This document shows positions 62,536-64,000 of a stretch of DNA of 64,000 bases, in pieces. The notes below the pieces were generated by a model, which was not told where the DNA came from, did no database searches, and saw only the letters and a program-made list of their open reading frames with translations. Source of the stretch: Myxococcales bacterium (GTDB taxonomy: Bacteria > Myxococcota_A > Polyangia > Polyangiales > DASUME01); contig JASGJH010000001.1 of NCBI GenBank assembly GCA_047601445.1, positions 5,472,001 to 5,536,000 on the forward strand. The letters are read 5' to 3'. The position numbers and the translations under genes are program-made. Within the stretch, counting starts at the first letter, position 1. Each line of letters begins with the position of its first letter.

Positions 62536-64000
62536 GTGGGGATCAACGTCGCCCAGTTCGTACGTCAGTGGTCGTTGCGCGATGGCGCGCGCACGGCGCT
62601 GGTATTGCCCGCGCGAGACGCGAGTCAGCCCGCGCAGGTGATGAGCTATGCGGAGCTCGATCAGCGGGCCTCCCAGGTGGCCGCGAGTCTGCGCCAGGCC
62701 GGCTTCGAGGTCGGCGCGCGCCTCGCGCTGTGCCTGCCCAACGGAGCCGCGTTTTTGGACGCCTTCCTGGGAGGTCTGTACGCGGGTTGCACCTTGATTC
62801 CGGTGCCACCGATGTCGGCCCCACCGGAGCTCGCGCATCGCCTACAGCACGGGCGTTGCAGCGGGCTCATCACGGACGCACGCACGCGCGCCCTCGGTGA
62901 GCAGGCCTTGCAGCTCGCCCCCGGAGCACGCTCGCTCGACAGTGCGGAGCTGCTTCAAGGTCGGGCGGACGAGCAGGCTGGGCCCGTGGATTTGCCCGCG
63001 GGTGCTAACGCGATGCTCCTTTACACCTCGGGCACCACCGGCGTGGCGAAGGGCGCGATGATCACCCACGCCTCGCTGGCCACCCACACGGCGGCCCTGG
63101 TGCACCACGTGCTGCGCTTCGACCAACGCGATTGCGTGCTCGCGGTGTTACCGCTGACCCACAGCTACGGCATTCGCATGACGCTGCTCGCACCCTTCTA
63201 CGCGGGCGCGCGCAGCCTTTTGGTGGAGCGCTTCGAGAGTTCCCTGGTGAACCAGCTGCTCGGCAGCGAGCCGATCACTTGGTTCCCGGGTGTACCCACC
63301 ATGTTCCATGCACTGGTGCACCATGCGGCGGACGCTCGCGCCGCCCAGGCACCGGCCCTTCGCTGGTGCCTCAGCGCGGGCGCACCCCTGGCGCCCGAGA
63401 TTCGGCGCCGCTTCGAGACCAGCTACGGCGTGCCATTGCGCCAGGGCTTCGGACTCACCGAGGCGACGTTCAGCTCCGTCGCGGACCCGGCCGACACGGC
63501 CGGCGCAGACAGCGTGGGCAAGCCCGTGTTCGGCGTGGAAGTCCGCATCGGCGACGAGCAGGGCGCGCCGCTGCCGCACGGGACCCGCGGCGAGATCATG
63601 GTGCGTGGACAGAACGTGATGGCGGGCTACTTCGACGATCCCCAGGCGTCCGAGGCTGCGCTCTCGGGCGGCTGGCTGCGGACCGGGGACGTGGGCGTAC
63701 TCGACGCCGAAGGCCGCCTGAGCGTGGTCGATCGCATCAAGGACATGATCGTACGCGGCGGCTTCAACGTGTACCCGGCCGAAGTGGAGGCGGTCCTTTT
63801 GAGTCATCCCGACGTGCGCCAGGTGGTCGTGGTGGGCATCGCGGACGAGCACTACGGAGAAGAGGTGGTGGCCGCGGTGGTGCCGCAACCCGGGGGCAGC
63901 ATGAGCGCGAGTGCGCTCGCGAGCTTCTGCAGGCTGCACTTGTCGACCACGAAATTGCCCCGCTTGTGGACGCAGCTCGACGCCATCCCGGAGGGACCCT
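62536..64000 (+). CDS. AMP-binding acyl-CoA synthetase (runs off the window end)
   Basis: Open frame from GTG 62536 (absent from the ORF track because it has no stop); YTSGTTGVAKG, GFGLTE, GWLRTGDVG, DRIKDMIVRGGFNVYPAEVE. Confidence 0.92.
   Translation, partial: MGINVAQFVRQWSLRDGARTALVLPARDASQPAQVMSYAELDQRASQVAASLRQAGFEVGARLALCLPNGAAFLDAFLGGLYAGCTLIPVPPMSAPPELAHRLQHGRCSGLITDARTRALGEQALQLAPGARSLDSAELLQGRADEQAGPVDLPAGANAMLLYTSGTTGVAKGAMITHASLATHTAALVHHVLRFDQRDCVLAVLPLTHSYGIRMTLLAPFYAGARSLLVERFESSLVNQLLGSEPITWFPGVPTMFHALVHHAADARAAQAPALRWCLSAGAPLAPEIRRRFETSYGVPLRQGFGLTEATFSSVADPADTAGADSVGKPVFGVEVRIGDEQGAPLPHGTRGEIMVRGQNVMAGYFDDPQASEAALSGGWLRTGDVGVLDAEGRLSVVDRIKDMIVRGGFNVYPAEVEAVLLSHPDVRQVVVVGIADEHYGEEVVAAVVPQPGGSMSASALASFCRLHLSTTKLPRLWTQLDAIPEGP

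Overview
High-GC chromosomal window, most likely from a myxobacterium (Polyangiales-like; inferred from Cys-rich lipoproteins, a MYXO-CTERM tail, vWA lipoproteins and large Ser/Thr kinase-ATPase signalling proteins). Most of it is housekeeping and signalling genes: a two-component system, CPA2 antiporter, ileS (type 2), gltX, an M16 peptidase pair, TRAP DctQM, a GT2, a ligase-less LigD and an acyl-CoA synthetase cut by the window edge. The standout is a sigma54/RtcR-controlled RNA-repair locus (rtcR <- -> rtcB-rtcA-[~740 nt non-coding]-SPFH/slipin, followed by a convergent MYG1 exonuclease gene). The spacer carries a boxA antitermination motif, a complete but atypical tRNA-His(GTG), and a circularly permuted tRNA-like domain (T arm - capped acceptor - D arm, the YrlA Y-RNA topology) inside a larger ~230-nt fold. 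No Ro60/Rsr gene is present anywhere in the window. Also notable: a MYXO-CTERM gene and an internally deleted mini-paralog, each with its own sigma54 promoter positioned for a leaderless mRNA; a CTAG-flanked palindromic MITE; and a ~200-bp intergenic palindrome. All calls come from reading motifs by eye; no searches or folding programs were run, and several start codons were adjusted by judgement.
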